Origin: a virus
Lineage: Duplodnaviria > Caudoviricetes
Direction: 5' to 3' (one strand)
Virus record (IMG/VR): IMGVR_UViG_3300031994_000006
Coordinates: 64,001-128,000 of that record
DNA: 64,000 bases
Positions 48,701 to 57,263 of this stretch are shown here, in pieces (the stretch's first letter is position 1; each line of letters opens with the position of its first letter). Both the position numbers and the translations under genes were made by a program. A model generated the notes under the pieces. The model was not told where the DNA came from. It saw nothing but the letters and a program-made list of their open reading frames with translations, and ran no database searches.

Positions 48701-50294
48701 GAAGCTGCCCGACGGCACATGGCTCAACGAGAACATGGTCGTCGAGAACGAGTCCTACAACCCGTTCGAGTTCGTGTCCAACCCGGACTACGACACGGCG
48801 GAGTTCAAGGAGACCGGCTTCACAATCGGCGGCTATCCCGTCTATGAGTACAACGGCTCGTATGACCCGAGGTTCACCGTATCCAACCCGAACAGACACG
48901 AGCTTGTATTCAACAAGTACGTATATGACGGCAAGGCGCTGACCGACGGCGATATTACCGCCATCGGCAACCAGTGGGCGGCCTATATCGGAGGCGACGC
49001 AGTTTCAATCGTGCCCGGCGAGTGGACCAACCCGCACGCGCTCAGCGAGGACTGGACGGTCAACCTCAACTGGGACAGCCCGTCAGCGGAGCCTGTCGGC
49101 ATATTCGCCGAGTCGAGCGCCGAGTATGAGACCCTCGGCGGCAACTCCGAGCATCAGCGCCAGTTCAACAAGCTCATATGGTGCGGACTGCACGACACGA
49201 CCAGGTATTTCGTACCGAGCGATATCTTCGCATACTGTCGTAAGAACACCAATGTCAACTACGCGTTCGCGGAGGGCGGCTGGCTCAAGCCGAGGATTAC
49301 CGACGCGGGCCTGCAGTCGACCGTCAGGGACATCTCCGAGGATCCCGTCGACAAGTCGCTCCGCAAGATAGGCTCCGGCGAGTTCTACTATGAGATCGAC
49401 ATCTGCGGCGACATGTTCTCAGGCTTTACCGGACGCGTCAGCCCGATGATGTTCGACAACCTCTCGGGACTCTCCACGGTCGAGGGCATATTCTACCAGA
49501 ATCCGCAGCTCAGCCCGTATACGTACCCGGTCAAGGTGGACGGTGTCATAGAGCAGGGCATGCTGTTCGATCCGGACACGTTCAATGGCATCGCGAACCT
49601 CCAGGACGCATACAGGCTCTGGTCGAACAACTCGGTACCGAGGAACGTCAAGGTCCATCAGTCTACGTTCAGGAAGACGACCAGGCTCCAGTTCATGGAC
49701 TATGCGTTCGCGGGCACGCTGTTCTTCGGCTACAAGGCGGACGACGACACCTACGGCGGACAGATACCTTACGGCATGCTGTCGAACCAGAGGGCCCTGC
49801 AGTCGGTCAACGCGATGTTCTCGGCGATATCCGGCGGCAACTACACCATCAGCCATGTGTCGAACGCGAAGATCTCCATACTGTCGAACTCCACGACGCT
49901 CGAGAACACCGGACTGTTCGGCGTCAGGTCGATACCGGAGAACCTGTTCAGCGGCTCTTACAACTCGCTGAGCTTCCTCCAGGCGCTCTTCTACTACGAC
50001 AAGAGCCTCAACCATATCCCGGAGTTCTGGAACATACCGGGATCGGAGGGAGGACACTGGCAGAACCCGACATCGGACACGGCCATCGCGAGCCTTAGTC
50101 AGCAGCTCTGGCAGACGTTCTACTACCTGGCAGGCGAGCGCACGGCACCGTCGGAGAACATCGACAACGTCCAGGCGCTTATCGTGAACTACGTTACCGG
50201 AATCGGCACGAACCCGACGGCGCATGCGGACGCGCTCGCGACTGACGAGTCCGACATCGTGAGATTCGGTGCATACAGAACCAGGAGGACCTGA
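39714..50294 (+). CDS. giant virion-type protein (3526 aa) with CotH-kinase-like domain and leucine-rich repeats
   Basis: QGTSTQGYHSKNF, TLKADVMDSGHANN, LGIYSFN, DSLGKN, FYDMDTALG; LRRs such as LRTLDLSNF, LEELNIKGS, LRTLDVAGT; poly-Gly linker near the N-terminus. Confidence 0.75.
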   Translation: MIEKWTRRDASTFEKQIIGAATANNIVVNNPRIASGPVSLDSVLGSYKENIDHLYGIAKWNSRHGGGGGGGTGGGETAETRIMFTDSNNLDISDSARRTDGSSYSFNVTIANADPDYQYRVTVYRQDDPSKVYRTAVLTRAVPTISITADDIVSGNNVIIASAQVINDGTRLTSRSLTVQRAGVSVSAVTVNYTSSSLEDGYTVTPGAAVYKSRDQIPFIVNILINPSISGNLDYEIDLSSILGPAHENARITVTGLRSTGQQITVPLNLSDQLYSRVMVNGKSYDVKVTARLQIDGTLDYISAPVFTFRVSWVTADGITVLYSNPEWNDLETEAYSDSWFADGNNINMNGYVYAQRTYSYIYPIYYVYRRTADGGWDLIQNTGVINYGPEHDDGWTYAGGQMTNRDINAFISGNIQRRQRNNGEGVSFDVNLSYNSMQDDWFMPKDVFDPGYGLEDPTDFASIRVDVYIFAGNSANSITTMPAVDSEGRFIPNISVKAAVEYAAAAVPDYVHGQCYKDVIAGKAEGIIRSEEHRRFNLDLLSNLTGSYTQTEYRNPQRFEANGQDYEYDLPFRYVRSNNTTTGFVREDSRGVMKFRATGEFYGYMTTDDLAPFVLTASDGISSWTNLFAGDGSGFTIELIFNSDWHPNNKGTVFSMGTYNANGELTSGIEVTLDKVSVKLRQDDTISLEVPLIQNTLTQIDICVSRRRVTIGGQTEDYIIANVYKNGISHALGAAAVRSLNDLMQFNGLYFGAKNVNGTMTNFTDADMYGLRLYDQPLLDYDVTRNWLITYSCMHKVKSATGNSWEYDPDVVASVLEKNYFNADWDTPIWDFATKKPASGDALLEALTTVKQRLSATSKEYYRELPVLLITTQDQGAYNYVSAIYDENAAAVNNARSYDSQPGSGTGLIPASMQYWDELGNDPISIASMFFNVQGTSTQGYHSKNFEIYFGRYRETGSGHAYDPDQNYSGSLGTDQAFNDGEVLFTPKSKKWLPENRFTLKADVMDSGHANNAAIGRWINDTGYMPKNPAQNDTANRYRSKVKGTLEGFPVAVFVTWGDTTVPSFLGIYSFNLGRGSYFNLGFKQLERYELVHDNVGDSADWKDAADSDYEGPSIVNRYEMKVPSDTVFSFECTTNDPVEATGLNQVSDAVIQNSWDVKYKSANMTDQNAFAVLRGFHEFLAFANDNVGNDSRNEQKYWYTVNPQTNEILTDKVYRSVSDPSVWFRNSVTVTELDAVDGQRRFSHIISAADIETLNTLVVKGQGSLVDDLFIDDMKWTEGLFLNRNAGRLGWNEFMNSRPDHRLGFYNADATDLYFNLSEKTITPATSAGEGGWMDFASFSCYFNVAMLFGMVDSLGKNFTLRTWNGVNGVATMFPAFYDMDTALGLNNYGAENIDPIAFVDYWMNVERNGNTQIRVLTEHYPTRVNEGNVYNWYDPDDGALLRSFTDSALQPPSPELVQYDQPQSHLWHLVRFLPYIEGNDFFYNNNGLISVYGEWGRLRGTKSGGDFSYFGSYKEFMENYYKAQNEAVGEMIFNLDYAEKYQTPVIRNNKQSFGDMTFCHGPRIEFVTEWLRKRISFLDSIYNLNGLFQMDDGVTIDSRFNELHGTNIGGTTNQYDIFNATYSGNVAETGESPYLENFNGRTGIIKQNSRYYFDITANTPCIMTMTLGNVANRFLLMDNVPTSVNITAASSISMTVNFNAVSALSEWTGLKEIGLQSFNSVVNDWNLIGLDFSGLESIQSDTNFNISAMNELRTLDLSNFKLQGGAAVSGINCADMEKLEELNIKGSSIRSLTLPAGGNLRTLDVAGTDLTELVLQDKYMLTGSKDGYLNLAGCTQLRTLRVINCPNLRGISFGNNISLQTIEIEDCDMLEMFNWDGESSTAVTLDNKTNAYPDVIQSIRITGSCPNLKSVSVRNVANPDAVIDLSGCTGMDSLTIEMCQDLKAAPILPATISVGSDNKPTDYLIYDADYRRNRPFSLFLRNVAFTAFAFGQTDQSFTSYTVPEGAVDASYPYVSYVPYADADTVVKQTQQDLIMNLAVFKSLGTVTLTNLTNIKFVALPMTATAQRINAQTGAGISITACPMLRRIFGNMAFAAGTFGMTKNLTSFRICDWNGFDSSYVAAGEYVSMRNSHKQVKDAFDSIMVSGSSLDAGAIVAKMHDQDPAAPILQDIRPWTRLAVDTELVRGFQGQLSQAFNNTSVSMNDVYYIMAIVNIYNRNLMRQGMETPGLITNLSDMFNGCPNIFTEYSQDAARGDRSPSHMLFKYLASVNSTPTDADHGGGSGLLNIFNGTLMGGVLYSPDWKHTYTDPAEFGDHIGILTPFALNGATVSSLGWGLSLMDDHFADTPEGLAAYWNASQSFNGVYNLQVIDNIMNNKEAVKSAIAGAVDVAYAEDDNGIRGFRSDCLMKNFKNAETVSNSFNGSMIVNPINLTVSDSQGYSYTYTSMLEENTRLTEVVSSFNFCVPKENAFIVDVFGGALPLIENHPDKWSNKITTIAQSFAVSGENEKITNEKGEVVQINYSHSFFVMTDDMFARFADKIKFLQPNQPVVTTEGQGASQVTKVNYNANITESTAYGWMFGLNDKDTASSIIKTYVRFKNRTGLPTGSSVFPYGVLKGCTSLEGCPGLFANLDLRHWVDKTSLANIGTPLTTAELEAGTLLTARDAVVTLPDCYSSAPYAPVRKYGETEYVHKADFSMFDDCVWLTNITSMFRNITPPDIIGSAYSLGDQYVMPAAIKLTARSFEPFAKRLTSGRSQEEITKAVYAQCLFADNHFITGHIPFGLMSTGKTTEQVYVQGFSAAAANNGSIGIGSGASALDSAPAVYVRDPYVLDRDAYVWDVKQDDFNTYTITDSDTVSKVVTVNGRRIMPMVKFDPTNALHHRLPKYSLKHLSDWQRSAAAGTGLPSAQTQAVTVTVPFRVIASMTRIFKGCDARGFAYIHARYKQDEAADPAFVYENALGFAFNDATYSAENKAKIAAIKKYKETEYVADDYMKLPDGTWLNENMVVENESYNPFEFVSNPDYDTAEFKETGFTIGGYPVYEYNGSYDPRFTVSNPNRHELVFNKYVYDGKALTDGDITAIGNQWAAYIGGDAVSIVPGEWTNPHALSEDWTVNLNWDSPSAEPVGIFAESSAEYETLGGNSEHQRQFNKLIWCGLHDTTRYFVPSDIFAYCRKNTNVNYAFAEGGWLKPRITDAGLQSTVRDISEDPVDKSLRKIGSGEFYYEIDICGDMFSGFTGRVSPMMFDNLSGLSTVEGIFYQNPQLSPYTYPVKVDGVIEQGMLFDPDTFNGIANLQDAYRLWSNNSVPRNVKVHQSTFRKTTRLQFMDYAFAGTLFFGYKADDDTYGGQIPYGMLSNQRALQSVNAMFSAISGGNYTISHVSNAKISILSNSTTLENTGLFGVRSIPENLFSGSYNSLSFLQALFYYDKSLNHIPEFWNIPGSEGGHWQNPTSDTAIASLSQQLWQTFYYLAGERTAPSENIDNVQALIVNYVTGIGTNPTAHADALATDESDIVRFGAYRTRRT

Positions 50295-50299
50295 TAACA

Positions 50300-50333
50300 G
50301 AAAGAACGCGCACAATGCGCGTTCTTTTGTTTT
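50300..50333 (+). terminator. rho-independent terminator
   Basis: aaagaacgcgca-caa-tgcgcgttcttt followed by a T run. Confidence 0.8.
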
Positions 50334-50593
50334 TAAGCCCGTGTGCGCGTTTATGCGCATGAGGCTGCAAGTTATAAGCAAAGGGACGTACGGACGCGAT
50401 ACGGGCCTGATAAATAGCCCGGATGACCTATCTGCGGTCTCCGCGTTTAATATACAGGAAAAATAACAGCTCTGGACATGGATGACAATCCCGGTAATAG
50501 TAGCCAATTATCAGCTTATCATCACGCTGGCGGGCATCGCGGGGATACTGTCGTTCACGATGGGGCTGCTGATGTATAGCTTAGACAGTTTAG

Positions 50594-51142
50594 ATGGCAG
50601 AAAAAAAGAAGAAGATGGCGACGGCGGAACTTTCGGACGAGGCCAAGATGAAGATGAGGCTGAAACTGATAAGGGAGACCGGACTGTCGACTAAGCGCGC
50701 CGAGGTGTACCTTGACCGCTGCGACTGGAACATGGACAAGGTCTATGCGATGCCGCAGGTGAAGAAGGCGCTGAAGGCGGAAATCGAGAAGAAGGTCAAG
50801 GAATCGGTACAGGCGATGCTCGATACGCCGGACGATGATAATAAAGAGGCCTCTGTCAAAATGGGTCCCTCTGAGATCAGGGGCAAAAAGAAAAAAGTCC
50901 GCTTCGGCGGCTCCAAGGGACTGGAGTTCACGGTCACCATCACCGACAACGGCGATATGTACTACGGGAATACCAGGATCCGTAGTGACGCCAGCGGTCT
51001 GTACGCCCCATATCTCACCCAGAAGCAGATCTGCGAGTGGACCAGGAAGTATATCAAGCAGGCAGAGAACCTGACGGACAAGATGCTGGCCAGGAGATCC
51101 AAGGAGAAACATCCGGAAAGACCGAAAGCGACGACAATATGA
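50594..51142 (+). CDS. basic hypothetical protein with possible UBA-like helical N-terminus
   Basis: LIRETGLSTKRAEVYLDRCDWNMDK resembles UBA/EF-Ts N-terminal helices. Confidence 0.6.
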   Translation: MAEKKKKMATAELSDEAKMKMRLKLIRETGLSTKRAEVYLDRCDWNMDKVYAMPQVKKALKAEIEKKVKESVQAMLDTPDDDNKEASVKMGPSEIRGKKKKVRFGGSKGLEFTVTITDNGDMYYGNTRIRSDASGLYAPYLTQKQICEWTRKYIKQAENLTDKMLARRSKEKHPERPKATTI

Positions 51143-51810
51143 ACAAACCCGAATACATAAACGACCCGGTGTCGACTACGGACGGCAGGAAGCCGTCAAT
51201 ATCGGCGCATCCTATGTTCACCGACAGGACGCTCAGGCTGTACAGGATGCAGCATGATCTGAATGCGTTCAATATCAAGGGTGTCTGGAGACATTTTGCG
51301 CTCTGGCTTGCAGAGCTTATAGAGTATGAGTTTCCAGAGGCGCTCGACGGCGCCGATATCATACTGTCCGCGGCAATGCCATGCGCCGAGCCTTCAGGCG
51401 CGCCGGGCGATTCGGCATGGCTGAGGACCGTCTACAGGGTAAGGCTTCACGGAGACGAGCTCTGGATCGGATGCGAGAATCCCAGGGACAGTAAGGCCGA
51501 CCAGATGCCGAAGGCCGTGCAGTCGCCTATGTGCGACAATGAGACCTCGGGACTGATCATCGGCACCGGCGTCAACTTCGTCCAGGTAGTGACCGGCTCG
51601 AGCGTGCCCGTCGATAACCTGTATTTCATACCGACCAGCAAGGACTGTGACGACGGCTGGTGGGAGCTTAACGGATTCAATCTGTGCGGCGCCCTGATCG
51701 GCACACTGCATGATTTGTCCGATACGAACAGCTACTGGCACTCGCACATGAAGCACGGGTACAGTAACGACACAGGCGGCGTCAGCTATTCAGAATCCAT
51801 TTCAACATAA
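51139..51810 (+). CDS. hypothetical protein
   Basis: ATGA overlap at 51139 (MNKPEYIND) is the likely start. Confidence 0.65.
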   Translation: MNKPEYINDPVSTTDGRKPSISAHPMFTDRTLRLYRMQHDLNAFNIKGVWRHFALWLAELIEYEFPEALDGADIILSAAMPCAEPSGAPGDSAWLRTVYRVRLHGDELWIGCENPRDSKADQMPKAVQSPMCDNETSGLIIGTGVNFVQVVTGSSVPVDNLYFIPTSKDCDDGWWELNGFNLCGALIGTLHDLSDTNSYWHSHMKHGYSNDTGGVSYSESIST

Positions 51811-51822
51811 CTGAACATAACT

Positions 51823-52131
51823 ATGACTTTTGAAGAGTTAAAGGCGGAGGCCAAAAAGGTCTATGACGACGTGGCGAAGAACAGTGTATTCTGTGCCTCG
51901 TTTGAAGCCCGTAAGGTAATCGCAAGCAAGATTGATCAGTGCTCGGACAGGAATGAGCATCTGGATGTCCTTGAATGGGATGAATACAAAAACATCTATG
52001 CTCCGATGAAACGTGAGACGTATGAGCATAGGAAGCAGTTGGCGAAGGAATCCTATGAACACGCCCTTGCCGAGATTGAAAAAGAGTATGAGGAGCGTGG
52101 CAAGTTCTCTCCTGATTATCACAAAATATAA
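51823..52131 (+). CDS. hypothetical protein
   Basis: 102-aa helical ORF ending at a terminator. Confidence 0.7.
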   Translation: MTFEELKAEAKKVYDDVAKNSVFCASFEARKVIASKIDQCSDRNEHLDVLEWDEYKNIYAPMKRETYEHRKQLAKESYEHALAEIEKEYEERGKFSPDYHKI

Positions 52132-52158
52132 AAAGGTTGCAGAAATGCAACCTTTTTA
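52129..52158. terminator. bidirectional terminator
   Basis: taaaaaggttgca-gaaa-tgcaacctttttta. Confidence 0.85.
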
Positions 52159-55100
52159 TATTCTCCTGAGTTCGACCCCGTATTCGGTACCCGTGTCCGG
52201 ATCCGTGACCCGGCCCTTGAGCGAGTCCCTGGACACGTCGGAGAACGTCATCCTCTCGCGGACGGTCTCGCCGGCGTACCAGCTCGACACGACGTCTCCC
52301 CTGACGGACCAGGTAAACGACCAGTCATGGTACTCGAAGCTTGACGAGTCCGCATAGTCGGTCCTTATCGTCCTGACGCCTGTACCGTCCGCCGCGAACT
52401 TGAACATTATCTCGGACTTGCCGTCGCCTCCGGTCAGTATACCGGTCCATGATCCCGCGATGACGTCGGTGAGCCTGACGTATTCATCCGGTACGGAGTC
52501 GTAGAGCGAGCCTGACACGCCCTTCCTGACGGTCACATATGCGCAGTTGCCGGAACCTCCGAGCAGGTTGCCGAACATGTCGATGGTCTCGAGGCCTATG
52601 TGGTAGACGCCTTCCCTGACACCCTTCAGAGGCAGGGTCTCGTTGATGGACCTGAACAAGACGGACGCATCTCTGGCGTCGTCGTGTGTCGCGTGTCGCA
52701 CGGTCCACAGGCACATGTAGTTGAGATCGCCCTCCCTCTGTGATATGGATCCCTCACAGTAGGTGCCGGCCTTGTCGTCTGATACGGCGAGCAGTCCCTC
52801 CTCAGGCTCTATCTCACACGGCACCGGGCTCTTGTAGTGTATGAGCGACTTGTCCAGGTTGTCATATCCCCACTCCCTGAAGGCCTCGTCCGCCCTGAAG
52901 TCGTAGACGTTCACGCTGAACGACCTGTCGGTGAACCTGTCGATATGCCATCTGCTGTCGACGGACACGTCGCATGTCATCGTATCGGGATCCTCGGCCG
53001 CGGCGGTCACTCCCGCCGTGTACATGACGAACGACGACAGCGACGGCGTGAGGCATGCCCTGACAGAGAACGGATCAGAGTCGTTGTTATAAAGCCCGTT
53101 CACGAACGCCGGCTCACCCTTTACATAGGTGAACGGCCTGAGGAGCGCGTCGTTTACGGTCCCGTCTATCGTGAACGTCCAGGTACCGTCGCCGTTGTCC
53201 TCGCCGGATATCACCTTGTATGTGTCGCCGGATATGAACTGGCGGTTCCTCGTCGCCGCGTTAATCAGGTACTCACGGTCGGCCTCGTTCCATGAGTCGA
53301 AGTTCCTCTGGTACCTCCAGTACATGACCTTGACGACCTGTCCGTCGAGCAGCACGCGCCTGTCGGCCCTGAACCTTATCCTGCATGTACCGGTCCTGTA
53401 GTCGTTCTCACAGGTATCATAGGTGAACCAGAACTCCGTCACCGGGGCAATGAAGCAGTCGTACCTTCCGCTGTTCACCGCATCGTGCATCTCCGGGGTG
53501 AACTTGACATACTCGTCCTCCTTGGTCGAATATGACAGCTCGATGAAGTTGTCATCCGGCTCCTGGAGGTCATATTCGGGTATCTCCTTATAGTCGATGA
53601 CCCTGTACGGGCCCGAGCAGCTGAGAGACGCCGCGGCATTGTTGTTGGCCGGGTTCACGTAGTACAGCATGACCGAGCAGTCCGTATAGAACGTCTCGTT
53701 CCCCCTCGGATTCTCGTCGTTCAGTATGACGCGGATACGTCCGCCGAACGACTCCTCGGACTCAGGTACGGTCTCTGTGATACTGTCGACGCGCTCGGAT
53801 ACGTTCGTGACATGCAGCCACTCGCCTTCCTCGGGCATGTGCATCGCATATGAATGCGAGCTGTACCCGATGGAGTCGCCGCCGGCCTTCGTGACGTTCC
53901 TCCTGACATCCGGCCAGAATTCGGGCACGGTACAGTTGTCGGTCAGCGACAGTATGACGTTCTGTCCGAGCGCCGCGTCCCTGACGGAATCCGGCGCGGA
54001 CTCGGGATCCTCCGACAGGTATTCCCTGATGATCTCGACCGAAGGCGCCTTGCCCGATATATGGATGAGTGAGTCGGACTTGGCCCTGTAAGGTGTGTTC
54101 CAGTTGTCCCAAACGGTCGCGTACAGGCTCCAGTCGGCCCTGTGGTTCACCCACATCGGCCATTCCTTGTAACGCACGGTCCTGGCGGCCTGAAGCGCCG
54201 TGAGTGAATCCTCGAGCTGCGCCGCGAGCCTGGTCTCCTCGGCCCTGTACACGGCCCTGTATCTCTCGTCCGCATTGCCGAGCTCGGCCTCGCGCTCCTC
54301 CTCATAGCGCTCCTTCATCGCCGGCACACGGTCAATCCATTTCTGGAAATTGCCGATTGATGACTGCAGTATACGTTTCTTGGCCGTCGCCGTATCAGGG
54401 CTGGCGAGCTCGTCCTTCATCGTCAGGATACGATTCTCGTACTTGCCGGCACGGGCGTCGAGCGCCCCTATCATGTCATCGTACTTGCCGTTAATCAGGT
54501 CGAACTCCCTGGTGAATTGCGCGGTAATCAGAGCAAGCCTTCCGGTCCGCGCATTATCCCGCATCGCATGCCAGTCCTCAAGGAACCTGTCACGGTCCTC
54601 GTCGGTCAGGAATGAATAGGCGGGCACGCGTCCCGTACGGTACGCATACCTCATATAGATGAGCTGCTCACCCCTTGCATTGTAGCTGTCGAATACGATC
54701 CTGGCCCTGCAGTCGGCATTGACCGCCTCCGGACCGTCGTATCCGGCGCCTTCCCATACCTTCTCGCGCTTCTCTATGAATCCGTCCGATATGGTCAGTA
54801 TCAGCCTCGTATCCTCAGGCAGGAACGACGAGCCTCCCTCGAGCGACGACACCACGTAGTTGGACAATATGAACAGGGGCACGCGGTACTTGTTCATCCT
54901 GGTGTAGGCGAACGTCGCGCCGGGACCGGGCCTGAGCGTTATCCAGTCCTTGGACTTCAGGTATCTCTCGGGAGTCACCTTATCATGCAGCTCGTAGTTC
55001 CATCCGGTATTGCCGACGTACGACGATACCGTATAGAGCACGTTCTTCTCCCAGGGGCCGTAGCACTTCCTGAGCTCGCCGGCCCTTATCCTGATGACGG

Positions 55101-57183
55101 GCAGCGCCGAGTCCTCGGTCACCTCAGACGCCGCGGTCCTGCCGCCGTGCACGATTATCTCATTGTCCTTGACAAGCAGCGGATGCGACAGTCCGGACTT
55201 CCAGGCGCCGCAAGACACATCGGCCCTGAGCTCATACCCGACGTCGTTCCACTCGACCGGCATGTCGCCGAACGCGCCGAATACCAGCGCATCCGACGCG
55301 GGATCGGCCAGCGCCGCGAGCTCCGCGTCGGTCAGGGAAGTGACAGGCCTCATGCCGTCCGAGCCGGTACCCACCCATTTGATGAAGTCCGCCGCGGTGA
55401 GTACGGACGTGTCCGCCGCCGTGACCGTGTCGCCGAACTCCTTGAGCGACAGCGTGATCTTCGCCGAGCTGTCCTCGAGCTGCGTATTGCTGAGCTCCGG
55501 TATCCATATCGGGGTAACGGATCTCGAGTGTTCCTCCTCGAGCGTTATATGGCCGGTCGAATAGGCCGTCGTGACGACCCTGCTGAAGTAGACGCCCTCG
55601 CCCGTTATGTCCCTGATACGGCAGTTGATGCCGACGATATGGCGCTCGAGCCATTCCTTCAGACCCTCGAGCTTCGCCAGCAGCTCGGCGTTGTAGTATT
55701 TGTACTCGTTCTTGGTGACGGGTATGTCGAAGGCCATCAGTCCGTCCGTATAGTAGTAGTCGCCGGTGGACGGATCGACCTTGTGGATCGTCGCGGCGAC
55801 CGTGTCGTACTTGGCCTTCTCCCTGTTGATGCGGTACAGCATGGACAGGATGTTCAGCTTCTTCCACTTGAGGAACTGATCCGGCGAAATGCCGACGGCC
55901 TCGAGCTTCCTCCTGACGCTGAGATCCTGTGTTATGTCGATTTTCTGGTACGCTATGTCGTTCTCCTTCTCGCCGTCGAAGAACCTGTACCATTCCTTGA
56001 AGTAGACGTCATCCCATCCGAGGTAGCTGACGGCGTTCATGAGCGCCTTGTATGTGCCGGCGTACGGGAATATCTGGTCATACGTCAGGAACAGCTCCTT
56101 GGACTTCCTGTTGATGAACTTCCAGTCGGTACCGTCCTCACGGTCGTCATAGTCCTTGAACACGTGCGGGTACCACTTGGGATCGGGCACGCCGAAATTG
56201 GTGAACAGCGTCCTGAAGCGCTCATCCTCGTCGACGGCCTCCGACTTGACCGAGATCCAGCCGGCCTTCTCAAGGCTTCCGGCGGGCGTCAGCAGCCAGG
56301 CAGTTATCATGTCCTCATAGCATCCGCCCTCAGGCGACAGGAACGCAGGCGTCAGTACCAGCGGCTCCGACAGGTCGCCCGCCGTCATGCCGTCCGGAAG
56401 GGTGAAGTTCTTGATCCTCGACCAGTATACCCTGGAATGGTCGAGCTCCTCATAGGGTGAGCCTTCCTGGCGTCCCTCGTCCTCCCACCACTCGAGCGAG
56501 TCCTTGACGAACTTGACGGTCGAGTCCTTCCTGACCGTAAACACAAGTCCGTACGACGGATCGGACGGCCTCTGCAGGCCCTCCGGGGTCTCCTCCATGA
56601 TGAACAGCGTCTCAGGCTGCGGCAGTCCGGCCGAGACGGGCTCCAGATAGAGGCTCGCCATGAACAGCGACGACGGCCTGCCTGACAGATCCACATGAAG
56701 GGCGTTCTGCAGGAACTCGGGCGAGTATCCGTCGGCGAACGACACCGACCTGCAGAAGAAATCGGTCACGCCCGACTCGGGATCAGTGCTCGTCACGGCC
56801 CTTTTACTGCCGCATTCCATGCTGAATACGGATTTCGGGAGCTCATACCTGTCATCGTCGATATAGATGTCGACCGTGCTGCCGATATAACGGTCGAAAA
56901 GGTCCGTCATGTATTTCTCCGGATTAATCTTCTCGTCGTCCCTCAGTCCGTATGCCTTGCCCGGATCGGATATGCCGACATGTACGACGTTACCGGCCGG
57001 ATTGACGTCAATCCAGCCGGAAGGCGCGGTCTGCCATCCTTCGGTCGGTGCCGAGTATTCCTTGTGCGGGCCGTACTTGCCGTGTTTCATGACGGGCCTG
57101 AAAGCGAATGTGATACGGTGCTTCCATGTCATCTGGAGCGGCTTGCCGTCCGAGTCGAAAATCCTGAGCTTTGCTATATTCAT
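52156..57183 (-). CDS. large structural protein, putative baseplate wedge component
   Basis: 1675 aa; KELFLTYDQIFPYAGTYKALMNAVSYLGW resembles baseplate wedge xGTxxA motifs; internal coiled coil; late promoter box upstream. Confidence 0.55.
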   Translation of the reverse strand: MNIAKLRIFDSDGKPLQMTWKHRITFAFRPVMKHGKYGPHKEYSAPTEGWQTAPSGWIDVNPAGNVVHVGISDPGKAYGLRDDEKINPEKYMTDLFDRYIGSTVDIYIDDDRYELPKSVFSMECGSKRAVTSTDPESGVTDFFCRSVSFADGYSPEFLQNALHVDLSGRPSSLFMASLYLEPVSAGLPQPETLFIMEETPEGLQRPSDPSYGLVFTVRKDSTVKFVKDSLEWWEDEGRQEGSPYEELDHSRVYWSRIKNFTLPDGMTAGDLSEPLVLTPAFLSPEGGCYEDMITAWLLTPAGSLEKAGWISVKSEAVDEDERFRTLFTNFGVPDPKWYPHVFKDYDDREDGTDWKFINRKSKELFLTYDQIFPYAGTYKALMNAVSYLGWDDVYFKEWYRFFDGEKENDIAYQKIDITQDLSVRRKLEAVGISPDQFLKWKKLNILSMLYRINREKAKYDTVAATIHKVDPSTGDYYYTDGLMAFDIPVTKNEYKYYNAELLAKLEGLKEWLERHIVGINCRIRDITGEGVYFSRVVTTAYSTGHITLEEEHSRSVTPIWIPELSNTQLEDSSAKITLSLKEFGDTVTAADTSVLTAADFIKWVGTGSDGMRPVTSLTDAELAALADPASDALVFGAFGDMPVEWNDVGYELRADVSCGAWKSGLSHPLLVKDNEIIVHGGRTAASEVTEDSALPVIRIRAGELRKCYGPWEKNVLYTVSSYVGNTGWNYELHDKVTPERYLKSKDWITLRPGPGATFAYTRMNKYRVPLFILSNYVVSSLEGGSSFLPEDTRLILTISDGFIEKREKVWEGAGYDGPEAVNADCRARIVFDSYNARGEQLIYMRYAYRTGRVPAYSFLTDEDRDRFLEDWHAMRDNARTGRLALITAQFTREFDLINGKYDDMIGALDARAGKYENRILTMKDELASPDTATAKKRILQSSIGNFQKWIDRVPAMKERYEEEREAELGNADERYRAVYRAEETRLAAQLEDSLTALQAARTVRYKEWPMWVNHRADWSLYATVWDNWNTPYRAKSDSLIHISGKAPSVEIIREYLSEDPESAPDSVRDAALGQNVILSLTDNCTVPEFWPDVRRNVTKAGGDSIGYSSHSYAMHMPEEGEWLHVTNVSERVDSITETVPESEESFGGRIRVILNDENPRGNETFYTDCSVMLYYVNPANNNAAASLSCSGPYRVIDYKEIPEYDLQEPDDNFIELSYSTKEDEYVKFTPEMHDAVNSGRYDCFIAPVTEFWFTYDTCENDYRTGTCRIRFRADRRVLLDGQVVKVMYWRYQRNFDSWNEADREYLINAATRNRQFISGDTYKVISGEDNGDGTWTFTIDGTVNDALLRPFTYVKGEPAFVNGLYNNDSDPFSVRACLTPSLSSFVMYTAGVTAAAEDPDTMTCDVSVDSRWHIDRFTDRSFSVNVYDFRADEAFREWGYDNLDKSLIHYKSPVPCEIEPEEGLLAVSDDKAGTYCEGSISQREGDLNYMCLWTVRHATHDDARDASVLFRSINETLPLKGVREGVYHIGLETIDMFGNLLGGSGNCAYVTVRKGVSGSLYDSVPDEYVRLTDVIAGSWTGILTGGDGKSEIMFKFAADGTGVRTIRTDYADSSSFEYHDWSFTWSVRGDVVSSWYAGETVRERMTFSDVSRDSLKGRVTDPDTGTEYGVELRRI

Positions 57184-57207
57184 GACTACAATGTACTATA
57201 TGCCCGG

Positions 57208-57214
57208 TATTTAT
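57208..57214 (-). promoter_or_regulatory. late promoter-like ATAAATA
   Basis: Minus-strand GATAAATACCGG 24 nt upstream of the ATG at 57183. Confidence 0.6.
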
Positions 57215-57263
57215 CGGTAGGCCCGGAAACGCATGAAAACGCAAAACAAGGCAGAAAAACGCC

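Noticed and set aside
50482-50694. 70-aa hydrophobic ORF
   Set aside because: Overlaps the better-supported 50594 ORF by ~100 nt; possible but not supportable.
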